From: Lama glama
Taxonomy: Eukaryota
Reading direction: 5' to 3'
NCBI GenBank assembly: GCA_028534125.1
Contig: CM052817.1
Span: 24,740,001-24,804,000, forward strand
DNA: 64,000 nt
Shown one piece after another: positions 12,631-25,340 of this stretch; the stretch's first letter is position 1, and every line of letters starts with the position of its first letter. The notes beneath the pieces are model-generated. The model was given only the letters and a program-made list of their open reading frames with translations, was not told the origin of the DNA and did no database searches. Made by a program: the position numbers and the translations under genes.

Positions 12631-14789
12631 GTACAGATGTCTGAGCCATGTATCACACAGGCACCATAAATTAACTTATCCCAGAATGTGAAACGAGATC
12701 AACAGTTTGAAAACCAGAGGATAGCCTCCTGCATATAAGCACACACTGCACACAAGGCCAGCGCACACCTGGAAGAGTACATGTGTACACTCTCACTGGT
12801 GCTCACACTTAAACACACACTCACGTGTGCACACACATGCATGACTGTGTCCTATGTCAGTCATTCTCTGAGGATCCCTGAAGTTTCTTCTCTCACCTGA
12901 AGATGCCTGCCTGATGAGTGCCAACCAGACTCCAACCCTACTCCTCTTTCCCTGGAGATGTGAGGAATGTACGGGCTGCTGACACTGTGAGGACCCAAGG
13001 TCTGGGATGGGGTGGCGCAGGTTGTAAGAATTTGGGCACAACATGTGTGCAGCCAAAGACTGGAAATCCCATTTCCCCCATTCCCCAAGGCAGAGCTGTC
13101 CAGATTGTGCTATAACAGCAGATTAAACTAACTGGAGGAAGGGGCATTTTTTGCTAATTCTCAGAGATTTGAGAGTAGTAAAAATTTGCATGATCCCTGA
13201 ATGGAACGGGAGAGCCGTCCAGATGCTGCGCATCATGGAGGGTACAGCTGGGGTTACAGCCCATGAATTTTTCATGGACCTATCTTCTCGATTGAGTGAT
13301 GCTCTGTAACTGTGCTTAGTAGCCCAGGGATAAGAATGAAGAATGCAGTTGAGGAGATGGATCCCAGTTTAGGGTTTTTCCTGGAAAAGCATATCATCTT
13401 AGAGGTTGTTCAAGGCTTTTGGCAGTTTTAGGTATCAGAGGTTGAGGTGATAATCTTCAGTGTAGGCTGGTTAGGACACAGAGGGCTGATCTACAGAGAG
13501 AAATTGAGGGGTCTGGTGGTGCCTGCAGTGTGTGGAGCTGGGTGGAGAGGATGAGAGAGCTGCAGGATGGGAGGGCCCTTTCTCAACATCGCCCAGATGC
13601 TGCCAATTTCTTTGGAACTCTGAGAATCCCATATGGGGCGTTCCGTTGCCAAGACCCATGGTCGGTAACAAGGATTCTCCCTGTCTTACTTTCATCACAG
13701 CCAAAAGTTAGTCTGTGTGGCTGGCTCTTACTACCTGCTACCACAAACTCTGCCCCTCTCTGGAGGTTAATCTCACTACATCCTGAGTTCAGTGTGGACC
13801 ACCACACCCCAGACAGCTCCCACCTGTGTGATGCCCAGAAAGAGCATGTGGGCCTTTTGACATCAAGGATTTTCCTGAAATGGCTGCACAAAACCAGAAA
13901 GAAGATAAGAAAAAGAGGAACTTGAGGACATCACGAAGATTACACAATCTTACAAAGTGTTTATATAGTTTAAGCCAGACTCTACACGTTGTATGAGTTA
14001 ATCCCATGATTATTTCTAACTAGATGAAATAACACGACTTAGCTGAAACACCAGTCTGCCCTGTTGTAATCTATCTTCCTTCATTCCTTTCTTTCTCTGT
14101 TTTTTTCTTTCTATAGCTCCCTTCACGATGTGGACTTCTTTCTATTTCCTAGATCTCTCATTATTGCTTTACTTAAAGTGAATGCTTCAGCCAAGTGGGT
14201 CTACTTTCAAGTTCACCAGAGGCCCTGTAAATATTCCTACCTGCTCCTTCTTCATCATCCATCACCCTTCAGTGTCCTGTGTGCTCTTCACCTTTAGGGA
14301 TCAGTTCATGTCCCAACCCTTCCATAAACCCTATTCTTAACCATGCCTGTCACCAGTTGCCATTCTGTCCCGAAATTGAGCAACTTGCATTTCATTGTAT
14401 TTTGTTACTTACTGATCTGTGAGATGCCCCATCCTTCTAACTAGACTGAAAGATTGCTGAGGATACCAGCAATGTTTTATGTGAGTAACAGGGGCCCAGA
14501 GAAATAGAATTTTAAAAAGGAGATCAGCACATTATCTACCTAGATACTGAGGCCCTAAGTCCTTTTGAAAGAGATACTCCCTATTAAGGAGTGTGGAAGG
14601 GGTAACTTGAGTATGCCCCACTGACCCAGGATAAGGATGTGACTACACTTCTGTGGCCTGAACCAAGGTTCCCTCCAACCCTGTGGGATACAGGGCTAGT
14701 AACTACAATGTAGTGGGCAAGTTCACAGAGGGCATCTCTTTGGGGAAAAGGGACCCCAACATTTCTCATACTTTAATATGAATATATAA

Positions 14790-14920
14790 AACAACTGACC
14801 ATCTTGTCAAAATGCTGATTCTTATTTAGTAGGTCTCAGATGGAGCCTGGGTTTTTGCATTACTGACAATCTCAGAGATTGACAGTGTGGCCGTGAGCCA
14901 CACTTTGAATAACAAGCATC
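14790..14920. mobile_element. MER5A-like MITE
   Basis: aaaatgctgattct...agtaggtct...gagcctggg...ccacactttgaataac. Confidence 0.6.
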
Positions 14921-15007
14921 TACACTTCAAGCTACACCTTTGAGAGTCAACATTATGAGAAACCATTTTGTGGATCAGGATAGTTCCCAGTGAGGTCCTT
15001 GGGCAAG

Positions 15008-15270
15008 TGTATTAGATACCTATTGCTCTGCAACAAAATCATCACAAGCTTAGTGCCTTAAAACAGCACACATTTATTATCTCATTGTTTCTGAGGGTCT
15101 GGAATCCAGACATAACTTAATTGGATCCTCTGCTTCAGGGTCTCTCATGAGGCTACAATCAACTGTTGACAAATTGAGAATGAGGTCTCATCTGAAGGCT
15201 CACGTGGGGAAAGATCCCATTTCAAGCTCCTGTGGGCTTAGGCAGGAGTCAATTCCTTATGGCATGTTGG
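15008..15270 (-). mobile_element. MLT1 (MaLR) LTR fragment
   Basis: tgtattagatacctattgct...cttaaaacagcacacatttattatctca...ggaatccag, a typical antisense MLT1 3' end. Confidence 0.7.
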
Positions 15271-15737
15271 CCCCAAACCTCAAACATTTGTACTTAATTT
15301 TTTTCTCTAGCAACTAAATAGTTCATGCTCATTGAAAAAAAATGTGGAAAAATTGAAAAACCAACATAAGCTAATTGCTGAGAAATTACAACTCTGAGTA
15401 TATTTTGGTGTCATATGGTATTGGTGGTTGTTTTTTTTAACTAGTATCATTAGCATTTTTCTCGTGTCATTGTATGGTCTCTACAAATTTGATTTTAGTG
15501 ACTGTAAACCATTCACTGTTCTCTTACTATGGACCTCTACATTAATTTTGGTAATAATGCCATGAGAAACAATTTGGTTCATTAACCATTAGCAGCTGAT
15601 CTACCTTTTAAAGGATGCATTTCCAGAAGTGACTGTAAAGATTTTTAATGTTCTTCTAAGAATAAATAAAGCCTCATTTTATCCAGGCTTGTGCAAGGAT
15701 GCTTCATAGTTCTTTTTACTGAATAGACCTTCTAAGG

Positions 15738-15930
15738 AAGTGCTGTCCAAAGGAACTTTTGTTGATGACAAAACTATTCCATATCTGCAATAGCATATGT
15801 GGCTATTAAACACTTGAAACATGGCTAGTGAGCATGAGGAACTGAATGTTAAATTTTATCTTGTTTGAATTAATTTAAATCAAATTTAAATAGATGCATG
15901 TGGCTAGTAGTGACCATACTGGACAGTACA
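15738..15930. mobile_element. MER3 MITE
   Basis: gtgctgtccaa...atgtggctattaaacacttgaaa...gaggaactgaat...atactggacagtac with inverted termini. Confidence 0.75.
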
Positions 15931-16739
15931 ATGGGGGAAAGCAGACTATATTGATATTGTCCCTGGTGTTTATCAAGTAATATTTAAAAAATTTTTGGTT
16001 TAAGTGTGAAATCCACATTTTCTCTTATTACTGGTGTTTGAAACTTTAATGTTTAAGCTATAGCTCCCCTCCATTGCCCCTTACTGAGTTTAATAATAGG
16101 CTTTGATAAATGACAGTATGCTCATGGTATTCAACAACCTAGACAACTTGTACCTTTACAGAAGTTGTGTGATTTTAATCACCACAAAGGAGCTACAGAC
16201 GCTTAAGAAACTATGTTTGACAAAGAACAATTATGTTATTCAGATTTTCAGAAGTAGCTTGAGAAGTAATAAAAATATGAGATGATTCAGAGCACCAGAG
16301 AGATCTGAAAGACAAAGTACCCCAGAGGGTTGCTAAGTGTTCTGGAAAAGGAAGCATAAAAATCAGCTCACTTTATGGTTCTTAGTTCACATCTGAAAAA
16401 AGTTAAATGAAACTTTGGTTCATGTTTGGGAGGAAACTTACCAAATTATACATTTTCAGGAAAAAGTTGCCTCTGAGCTATGATCTTACCAAATTCACAC
16501 ATATTTCAGTCCCATCACCAACTGCTTTGCTGTTGATTCAGCCAACATCAGCAAAGAGCTCAGAATCATCTTACATGCTCCCATTGTGAATACTCTTCCT
16601 GCCTCCTACCCTTTTGTCTTCCACAATATGACTTCTGCTCATTTTCCAAATCCCTAACAAGTTAGAAGTCAGTATTCATTGCACTCCTTACTTGTTATTT
16701 GCTATATAGCTTCTCCTCTACCCTAGAAACTCCCTGAGA

Positions 16740-17050
16740 TTGGAAATCATGGCTCAGGTTGTCTTCTTCATGTTGCTGTATCTGCAGTGCCAAGTAGATA
16801 GGTAGGTAGGTAGACAGATAGATGATATATACATACATGGGAGATATAGATAGATATAGTTGGTGCTCCATAAATATTTAATAAATGTGTGAATGAATTT
16901 AATCTTCACAACTACCCTGTGAGAAACGGGTTTTCACTTCTATTGTGGATAAGGAAACTGAGGCTCAGAGAGTGCAACGCTTGCTCCGGGTCTCACAGCT
17001 ACAAGGTGGGAGGCGTGGGATTTGAACCCAGGTATCCAACCCCAAGTCAG
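16740..17050. mobile_element. L2 3' end with (GATA/GGTA)n repeat, followed by a MIR
   Basis: ggtgctccataaatatttaataaatg (L2 tail) and gataaggaaactgaggctcagagag (MIR core). Confidence 0.6.
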
Positions 17051-17461
17051 GAGTTCTCTTCATTCCATGGGAGTTGCTCCCTCGTTCTCCTGCTCTAGGC
17101 CGGCACTGAACACTCACATCTGCTCCCCTAGGCAAAGAGATACATGAGCGATGGGAGCAATTCCAGTAAGGATCAGGCTGCAGTGGGGAACAGCTGCAGC
17201 CACGGAAGAAATAAATGCAGGAATAGAGCTGTCTCTAGAGCCAAAGGCTCTTCTCCTTCACAAAAAATTACCACGCTCACTCCAATCTGAGAAAATAAGG
17301 CCACAGCCTGCAGCCTCCTTTCTTTGTAATAGATATCAGAGCTCAATTTAACCACCTTAAAGACATCCACATGGAGGACTGTGAAACGTCAGTAATTAGC
17401 ATTGTCTTACTACTACCCCATGGATTCTGCTTTAAACAACCAAATTATGTGGCTCTTTACA

Positions 17462-17793
17462 CAGCCATACCTCGATATCCATGGGGGATTGGTTCCCAGA
17501 CCCCCACGGATACCAAACTCAAGAATGCTCAAGTCCCTTACATAGAATGGCATAGTATTTGCATATAACCTACACAGATTCTCCCGATCATCTCTAGATT
17601 ACTAATAATACCTAACACAATGTAAATCTATGTGAATAGTTGTAAATACACTGTAAGTGTTATATGGTTGCTGGGCATGTGCCAAACTCAGGTTTTGCTT
17701 TTTGGAAATTTCTAGAATTTTTTTTCAAATATTTTCAATCCATGGTTGGTTGAATCCATGGATGTAGAACCTAAGGACACAAAGGGATGGCTG
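17462..17793 (+). mobile_element. MER2 Tigger MITE
   Basis: cagccatacctcgatatccatgggggattggttcc...gttggttgaatccatggatgtagaacc...gggatggctg|ta. Confidence 0.85.
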
Positions 17794-18029
17794 TATAACA
17801 ACATATTTCACCAAATTAGAATGAGAATGAATTTTAGATACACCTTTTTTCTGCAGTCTCTTTTCTCACATATGGGAAGTGAGGTTCAGAGAAGTGGGAA
17901 GACATGCTCAAGATGCACAGCACTAAGGTGAGAACAAAGCAATCACGCGCCTCTGTCTGGTGGCCTGTCCATTCTACTGGTGATTATATGTTCTTCTCTT
18001 TCTTTAATTCAAAGATTTTATTCATAATA

Positions 18030-18462
18030 AGTGTTTCTGGTTGCTGGGGCTTCTGTAATAACAAAGTACCACAAACTCTATGTCTTACGATAACAAAAAT
18101 TTATTCTCTCACAGTTCTAGAGGCTAGAAGTCTGAAATCAAGGTGTTGGCAGGGCCATGCTTCATTCTAAGCCTCTAGGGGAGGATCCTTCCTTACCTCT
18201 TCCAGCTTCTGGTAGTCCCAGACTTTCCTGGGTTTGTGACAGCATTACTCTCTGCCTCCATCTCTGCATCTCTGTGGCTACATCGTGTCTCTTCCTCTTG
18301 TCCTCTTCCTCTGGGACACCACTCATATTGGTCACATTGTACTCAAGCATAGCTTCATCTCGACTAATTACATGTGCAATGACTCTGTTTCCAAATAAGA
18401 TCACGCCCTGAGGTAGCAGGGATTGAGCATATCTTTTTGATGAACGCAATTCAACCCATAAC
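18030..18462 (-). mobile_element. MLT1C-like solo LTR
   Basis: Reverse complement starts tgttatgggttgaattgcg..aaaaagatatg..ttatttggaaacagagtcattgcacatgtaattag and has a typical MLT1 3' end. Confidence 0.8.
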
Positions 18463-18469
18463 AATATAT

Positions 18470-19200
18470 ATCCAAAAATGGTTTACTTATGGGCACAGTT
18501 CTAACTCAAAGTGAACTGAGACATGTAACCAGTGCCCAGATCAGGAAACAGAACATGACCAGCACCCCAGAGTCCTCTCACGCTCTCTTCTATCACTTGC
18601 CTCCACTGTCACCAGTAACCACTATCATGCCTAACAAAATGGATTTGCTTTTTTTAAACTCATAATTCACAAATGTATTATCATACCATAAAATTTATAT
18701 TTTGAAACATAAAATTCAGTAGTTTTTAATATATTCACAGCATTGTGCAGCCATCACCACTATCTAATTCCAGAATATTTTCATCATCTCTAAAAGAAAC
18801 CTCACACCCACTAGGAGCCATTCCTACCACCCGCTTTGCTGGCCCCAGCCTCTGATAACCATGATCTACCGTCTGTTTGTATTGATTTACCTCTTCTGAA
18901 CTTCCATTTCGTATTAATGGAATCATACAATATATGTCTGGCTTCTTTCATGTTGTATAATATTTTCAAGACTCATCCATGTTGTAGCATGTATCAATAT
19001 TTCACTGCTTTTTATGGCAATAATATTCTATTGTATCAATATACCACATTAGGTCATTCTTCAGATGACAGACATTAGTGTTGTTTCCTTTTTTCAGTTA
19101 TTATGAATAATATAAGTATAAACATTCTAGCATGTGTTTCATGTGGATATATATTTTCACTTCTCTTGGGTTTGTACTTGTATTTTTTGTACCCTAATCA
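18470..19200 (-). mobile_element. Old L1M 3' fragments
   Basis: gtgcagccatcaccactatctaattccagaatattttcatca...catccatgttgtagcatgtatca. Confidence 0.75.
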
Positions 19201-20187
19201 TCCGGCACAGTTCAAGGTTTTTTGGTGGATATCAGTTGGCTGACTACAAGTTAAAAAGCAACCCTAGCCTCTGAAAAGGCTCTCCTACATTCTCCTACAT
19301 CAGGGAATAATATGGACACTTGAGAGAACTGTAGCTCTCCTGTGTTTGATCACCATTGTCTCTTTATATTCATCCTTCCAGGTAGTTAATAATCATCTGC
19401 TTTTCCACATCAGTGTTCGTGCAGGAAGCAGCACGCTGCTCATGTGCTCAGAAAATGTTATCTGGGGTCACAGTGAAACGGCATGTGCTTTAAACAACAA
19501 AATGAAATATTTTGGAAACTGTTGATTTTGGAAAAAAAAAAAACTGCAGGAAACAAAGCATATACCCATCATTCTCCCCAGTGAGGACATCAAAGAAGTA
19601 CAGCATTTGCAAGATCCCCTCGGCTCTGCTCTCTACACATGATCACAACGATATGGACATAGAAATAGAGGCATGCTTCCAACTCTCTCTCTTTACTTTT
19701 TATGTTTTGAAAGAGTGGTTCCTTAGTTAGATAGGCAGGTAGATAGGTAGGTAGATAGATAGATAAATTCTTTTGAATGAACGTATAGCATACTAGATAT
19801 AAAGAATAATAAAATGGTTATATGTATACCTACCAACTCAGCTTAAGAAATAGAATATTATCAAAACTGTTGAAGTCTTTCTACCTTCCCCAATGAATTC
19901 GCCATGCTGGATTTTGCAATACTTTGTTATAATTTTACTACATTTGTATGTATCTCTAAACAATATAGTTTTGTAGCTCTTTGAATTTTATATAAAACAG
20001 TATCCTATTGTTCGTATTCTTCTGCCATTTGCTTTTTTCATTCAATATTATGTTTATAAGATTAATCCATATTGATACTTTTTTTCCTTCTAGAAGTTTT
20101 ATGGTTTCAAGTCTTACAATTAAGTCTTTAATCCATTTTCAATCCTTAATTATGATATATGATATGAGAAAGTAATCGAGTTTGATT

Positions 20188-20274
20188 CTTTTTTTTTAAC
20201 GAAGGTACTGAGGATTGAATCCAGGACCTTGTGCATGCTAAGCATGCGTTCTACCAGAGCTATACCCTCCCCCC
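20188..20274 (-). mobile_element. tRNA-derived SINE (camelid vic-1-like)
   Basis: Reverse complement ggggagggtatagctc-tggtagaacgcatgcttagcatgcacaaggtcctggattcaatcctcagtacc has Pol III A/B boxes and an A-tail. Confidence 0.85.
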
Positions 20275-20438
20275 ATGTTGATACATTTTGCTTTAGTTTA
20301 CTCATCTTCACTGCTCCATTTTATGTAATTACTACAAATCATTTGTTCTTCATGATGTCAGACACTTGTTTGCATTTTCTGCTCTTACAATGTTGCTATG
20401 AACATTCTTATACATATCTCTAGACTATACATTTTTCT

Positions 20439-21629
20439 TTTTTTGTTTTGTTTTGTTTTCTTCATTTTTTACTATCTTACATTCACTAAAAATAGGTCAC
20501 TCCCTCTACATAATCAATAATTTTATACAGGCTAATCAAATATGCTTCAAATACTGTGAATTAAAATCTGTATTTAAAAGTCCATATATAACTAAAAACA
20601 ATCCATCTCTTTCCTTCTAATTCCCAATATGATGCAGTTTCTTTAAGGCAACCCTATTATGTCAATTTATTAATTGCATCATTTGATATTCAATGCACAT
20701 TTAATTTAAAATATCAAATCTAGTAATTAAAATGAGAAATTATGTGAATATTTTACAAGAAATACCACATTTCTTCACATGAATATAATCAATATAAATG
20801 ATACTAACATCAATAGCATAACATCAATACTATATGAATGTTACTGGTATTTTAAATATTACTAAATTTAGATTTCAAATGAAAATGAACACACAGTTTC
20901 TTTTCTTAAGAAATCCTGTTTTCCTCTTAAATATTTAACTTTTCAAATAAATTCCTATTCAAGTATATTTTAATAAATTTGGCATATGCAAAATTTTAAT
21001 TCTTTAACTGCATTATGTTTCACCTCAATGACTTATACTTAAATTAAACACAACAGATATTTAATACTTTCTTTATGAAAATGACTTGTAAATTAGGGAA
21101 GAATTTAAGAGATAATCTATTCTCTCTTAGACTAAATAGACTAAATAAACTATACTTCCAATACTTTTTTTTTTGAGAAACTGTTGGATTTCAGAGAAAA
21201 TGTGTCAACAATATTCAAAATAAACACAATGCCTACAGCACAGTGCTAATAATAGGAGTACAATCAAATCACAAATATGTAAAAATGGATGTTTTTATCA
21301 GTGTCTTTTAGTTGACATTAAAAGGCATGGCAGGATGGTCTACAAAAGATTCCAGCATTTCATTAGCATCTAATCATGACCGTCACCCACAACCACAATC
21401 TGTACCTCCTCTGCCTATCCAGTGAGTAAAATATCACTCACATACTTCCTTACCCCTTTGAGCCTCCACCCTTCTCTCACACCTCCTCCCACACAGATAC
21501 TTCATCAAATACTTCTTTCCTCTATAATCCAATAGCTCCCTTATATTTGGCACATTCTGTTGAAATCCACTCTTTGTTCCCCCAGCAAGTAATCTCCTAT
21601 GGGCCAGGACTATATAATTTTAATCATAC
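20439..21629 (-). pseudogene. 5'-truncated retrocopy of an unidentified mRNA (RG-rich C-terminal coding remnant plus AT-rich 3' UTR)
   Basis: T-rich tail at about 20439-20460. TSD agactatacatttttct (20422-20438) / agaatatgcatttttct (21630-21646). It interrupts an L1ME that is contiguous on both sides, and I did not recognise it as a repeat family. Confidence 0.65.
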
Positions 21630-21857
21630 AGAATATGCATTTTTCTAAGGTGCACATGCAAACACATATACAACAGGAATGGGACTGCTGGGCCTGAGGT
21701 GTTTTCATCTTTATAAGATAATGGTAAATTATTTTCTAAAGTGGTTATACTAGTTTGTACCTCTAGTGCATTAGGAGTTCCCATTGCTTTACATTCTGAC
21801 TCTTGACATTGTCAGACTTCTCAATTTTGCCAGTCCGATGGCTGTAAAATGGCACCA

Positions 21858-22297
21858 GTATCAGCTAGTCATTGCCACATACGAACTACCCCAAAATTTA
21901 GTATCTTAAAAAAACACCCATTTATTATTTCTCACTAGTTAAGGGTAGACTAGATAATTCTGCTGATCTCGGCCAGGCTCTGTTGATCTCACTTGGGCTT
22001 GCTCATGGCTTGCAGACAGCTGTCAGGTCATCAGTGAGTTGGTTGGTTTAGGACAGCCTCACGATTCAGCTCTGTTCCATGGGTCTCTCATCCTCCAATA
22101 GGAAAGTCTAGGCTTGTCCTGATGCTTAAGACAAAAGAGCAAGAGAAAGAGCAGAAACACACAAGTGCTTGTGTAAGCTCTGTTTATGATAAGTTTGCTA
22201 TTGTCAGGTTGGACATGATCAAGACCAGAGTCAGTGACGGAGTGCAATGCCAAAGAGTGTGGATTCTGAAAACTTGGGGCCATTGGTGTACTCAATC
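21858..22297 (-). mobile_element. MLT1 (F/G/H-type) solo LTR inserted in L1ME
   Basis: actaccccaaaatttagtatcttaaaa..catttattatttctcac...gggcttgctcatg...ctctcatcctcca. Confidence 0.65.
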
Positions 22298-22456
22298 CTT
22301 GTGTGTGGTTTTAATTTGTATTTCCTTGATTAATATGGAGGTTAAATATCTTTTCATATGTTTATTGGCCATTTGTGTTTCCTCTTCTGAAAAGCCTCTT
22401 CATGTCTCTTGTTCATTTTTATACCAAGATTTTGTCTTTTTTATTCATTCAGAATA

Positions 22457-22457
<1 letters not shown>

Positions 22458-22492
<35 letters not shown>

Positions 22493-22493
22493 T
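22458..22493. repeat. (ATT)n microsatellite
   Basis: About 10 perfect ATT units. Confidence 0.9.
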
Positions 22494-24171
22494 AATATGA
22501 ATGTTAATCCTTTGTCAGGTATACATGGGTTTCAAATCTTCCAGTTTCTAACCTTCTTTTTACTTTTTCTTTACTACAATCAATTCATAATTTTTTTCTT
22601 GTGATTTTGGTGTACATGTGTGCTTTTTTATATCTTATTTATGACCTCTTTCCATATTCCAAATCATTAGGATACTCATATTCTTTTCTGATATTTTTAA
22701 AGTTTTGCTTTCCACATTTTGGTCCTTAATATATCAGGAATTGATTTTTGCATCTGACATGAAACAGGGATCCAACTTTCACTTTTTCCCATGTGGAAAA
22801 ACACCATATCCTGGCACCATTTATGGAACACACCTGTCCTTTGCCCACTGATCTGACTTGCAACAACTATCATATATTAAGTTTCCGTCTGTTTTATCTG
22901 TACCTGAGCTTTCTATTCTGTTCCACTGATCTCTTCATCAACCCCCATGCCAGCATTATACACTCTTATAGCTGTGGTTTTGTAGTGAGTTTTAATATTT
23001 ATGACAGCAAGTATCGACAATTTGTTCTTCTTCAGGAGGATCCTACTATTCTTGGCAATTTTTTTTTCTTTAAAATTTTAGGATTAGGTTATCAAGGTTT
23101 ATGAAAAGCCTACTTGAATTTAGATTGAAACTGGAGTGTCCCATAGATTAAAATTGGGGAAATTTTGACATCTTTACCACACTCTGTCTCCCTTGCCATT
23201 ACCATGCTATTGCTCTACGTTTATCTAGGCTTTTATGTTTTTCAGTAAATGTTTATTATAATTTTCTTTCTAAAGGTTTTGCCCAACTTTGTTAGATTTT
23301 TTCATAGTTACCTTAATTTTCTTTCTGTGGCTATTGCAAACCTTTTTTTTTTTAAGTATTTTTTTAATTGTTGCTAGTGTATAGAAATATAACTTGTTTT
23401 TATATTATTCCTCGTGAATTTTTTTGTGCTTTTTATTTGTTTGCATGAAGAAGATCATCTTACCTGGAAATAATTATCATTTTATTTTTTCCTTTCCAAT
23501 CCTTATAGTTTTTTAATTTTTTATCTTATTGTTCTGTACCTTTAGTACAATGTTGAACAGACTAACAGTGGTAATAGTGGCATCTTTACTTTAATCCTGA
23601 TTTTAAAGGGAATGCTTCTAACATTGTCTTCTTTTCTTTGTGACATCACTGCTCCAACAGGTTGGCTCAGAACCCTGCGAAATTTGTAGCAGCCTCAACT
23701 GTAAAATATTTCTTTCTATTTAACGGTTTGCTGATTTTTTAGCATCTTAACAGTTAAGCACAGTTATTTTCTAATCCTCATGGATTGTTTTCTGAATTTG
23801 TTACACATGATTCTCCCTTCAGAGTTGAATGCTCTTTTCTCCCGTATTTTGCCTCATCAATTATCTAACATATCAAGGTTCAATTGTTTGTGCAGCTCTT
23901 GTTTTTGTAAAAAATAAACTTTCTTGGTATTTGTACACTTCCTTTCCTGTATCTGGTTGAATATAATAGAATGAAATTAGTGTTTATCAAACAGCTAAAT
24001 TTTTAACTAAGGAGTTGATCCAAAGAGAGGAAGAAATAATTAATATTTATTTGTTATTTTCGATATGTGCTTTACGTATTTTAAATGTAATATATATTTA
24101 CCACATATTATTACATTATAAAATATCCATTTTGATCCACATAAGAATAACTTCTTAAGGTAGTTATTGCT

Positions 24172-24363
24172 CCATATCGTATCGACTCTAAAATGCATCT
24201 TTTTTCACATATTAATATCTCTGAATTCAGAATGCAACTTAAAACTCACATGATTAGAAAGCATATTATTACAGCTTAATTGGTTTTTTTTTTCATTCTT
24301 AACAGTGCATAAAATAATGATACATCTTATAACTAATGACATTTTTGATTCAATGAAATACAG
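24172..24363 (+). mobile_element. MER104-like TcMar MITE inserted in a MIR
   Basis: atcgactctaaaatgcatctttttttcacat...tgattcaatgaaatacag. MIR sequence resumes on both sides. Confidence 0.6.
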
Positions 24364-24503
24364 CATTTACCAATCTGCAGATGAGAAAATTTGGCCTCAG
24401 AAATGTCAGGTAATTTACCCAAAGTATATAGCCAGTAAATTTCATGAACCCAAGTCTGTCATACATTAAAACCCATGCTGTCTTCCAAAAGAATGCACAA
24501 GTA

Positions 24504-25340
24504 AATCAACAGAAAAAGAAAGTAAAGAAACAACCCCCTTTAAAATAGCACCCAAAGTAATAAAATATCTGGGAATAAATCTAACCAAGGAGGTGAAAGA
24601 ATTATACACAGAAAACTATAAGCCATTGATGAAGGAAATTAAANNNNNNNNNNNNNNNNNNNNNNNNNNNNNNNNNNNNNNNNNNNNNNNNNNNNNNNNN
24701 NNNNNNNNNNNNNNNNNNNNNNNNNNNNNNNNNNNNNNNNNNNNNNNNNNNNNNNNNNNNNNNNNNNNNNNNNNNNNNNNNNNNNNNNNNNNNNNNNNNN
24801 NNNNNNNNNNNNNNNNNNNNNNNNNNNNNNNNNNNNNNNNNNNNNNNNNNNNNNNNNNNNNNNNNNNNNNNNNNNNNNNNNNNNNNNNNNNNNNNNNNNN
24901 NNNNNNNNNNNNNNNNNNNNNNNNNNNNNNNNNNNNNNNNNNNNNNNNNNNNNNNNNNNNNNNNNNNNNNNNNNNNNNNNNNNNNNNNNNNNNNNNNNNN
25001 NNNNNNNNNNNNNNNNNNNNNNNNNNNNNNNNNNNNNNNNNNNNNNNNNNNNNNNNNNNNNNNNNNNNNNNNNNNNNNNNNNNNNNNNNNNNNNNNNNNN
25101 NNNNNNNNNNNNNNNNNNNNNNNNNNNNNNNNNNNNNNNNNNNTCAAAATTGTAGAATAGATAAACAGGATTACACTGTATAGCACAGGGAAATATACAC
25201 AAAATGTTATGATAAATCACAGAGAAAAAAATGTGACAATGAGTGTGTATATGTCCATGAATGACTGAAAAATTGTGCTGAACACTGGAATTTGACACAA
25301 CATTGTAAAATGATTATAAATCAATAAAAAATGTTAAAAA
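24504..25340 (+). mobile_element. Young 5'-truncated L1 spanning an assembly gap
   Basis: ORF2 RT-region peptide ...PFKIAPKVIKYLGINLTKEVKELYTENYKPLMKEIK, L1 3' UTR with AATAAA after the gap, and an exact 12-bp TSD aatgcacaagta at 24492-24503 and 25341-25352. Confidence 0.9.
24644..25143. other. Assembly gap (500 N)
   Basis: Run of N. Confidence 1.

Larger units (their letters stand above)
19770..23625 (-). mobile_element. Old L1ME-type LINE interrupted by a SINE chimera, a retrocopy and an MLT1 LTR
   Basis: Antisense L1 motifs resume after each insert (ttttaatttgtatttccttgat; ttgaattgatttttg; tagtggcatctttactttaatcctgattttaaagggaatgcttc). Confidence 0.7.

Noticed and set aside
22122..22604. 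160-aa ORF with poly-Ile
   Set aside because: Runs across MLT1, antisense L1 and an (ATT)n microsatellite.
24593..25298. Long ORFs of 194-219 aa
   Set aside because: Artefacts of translating the N gap.
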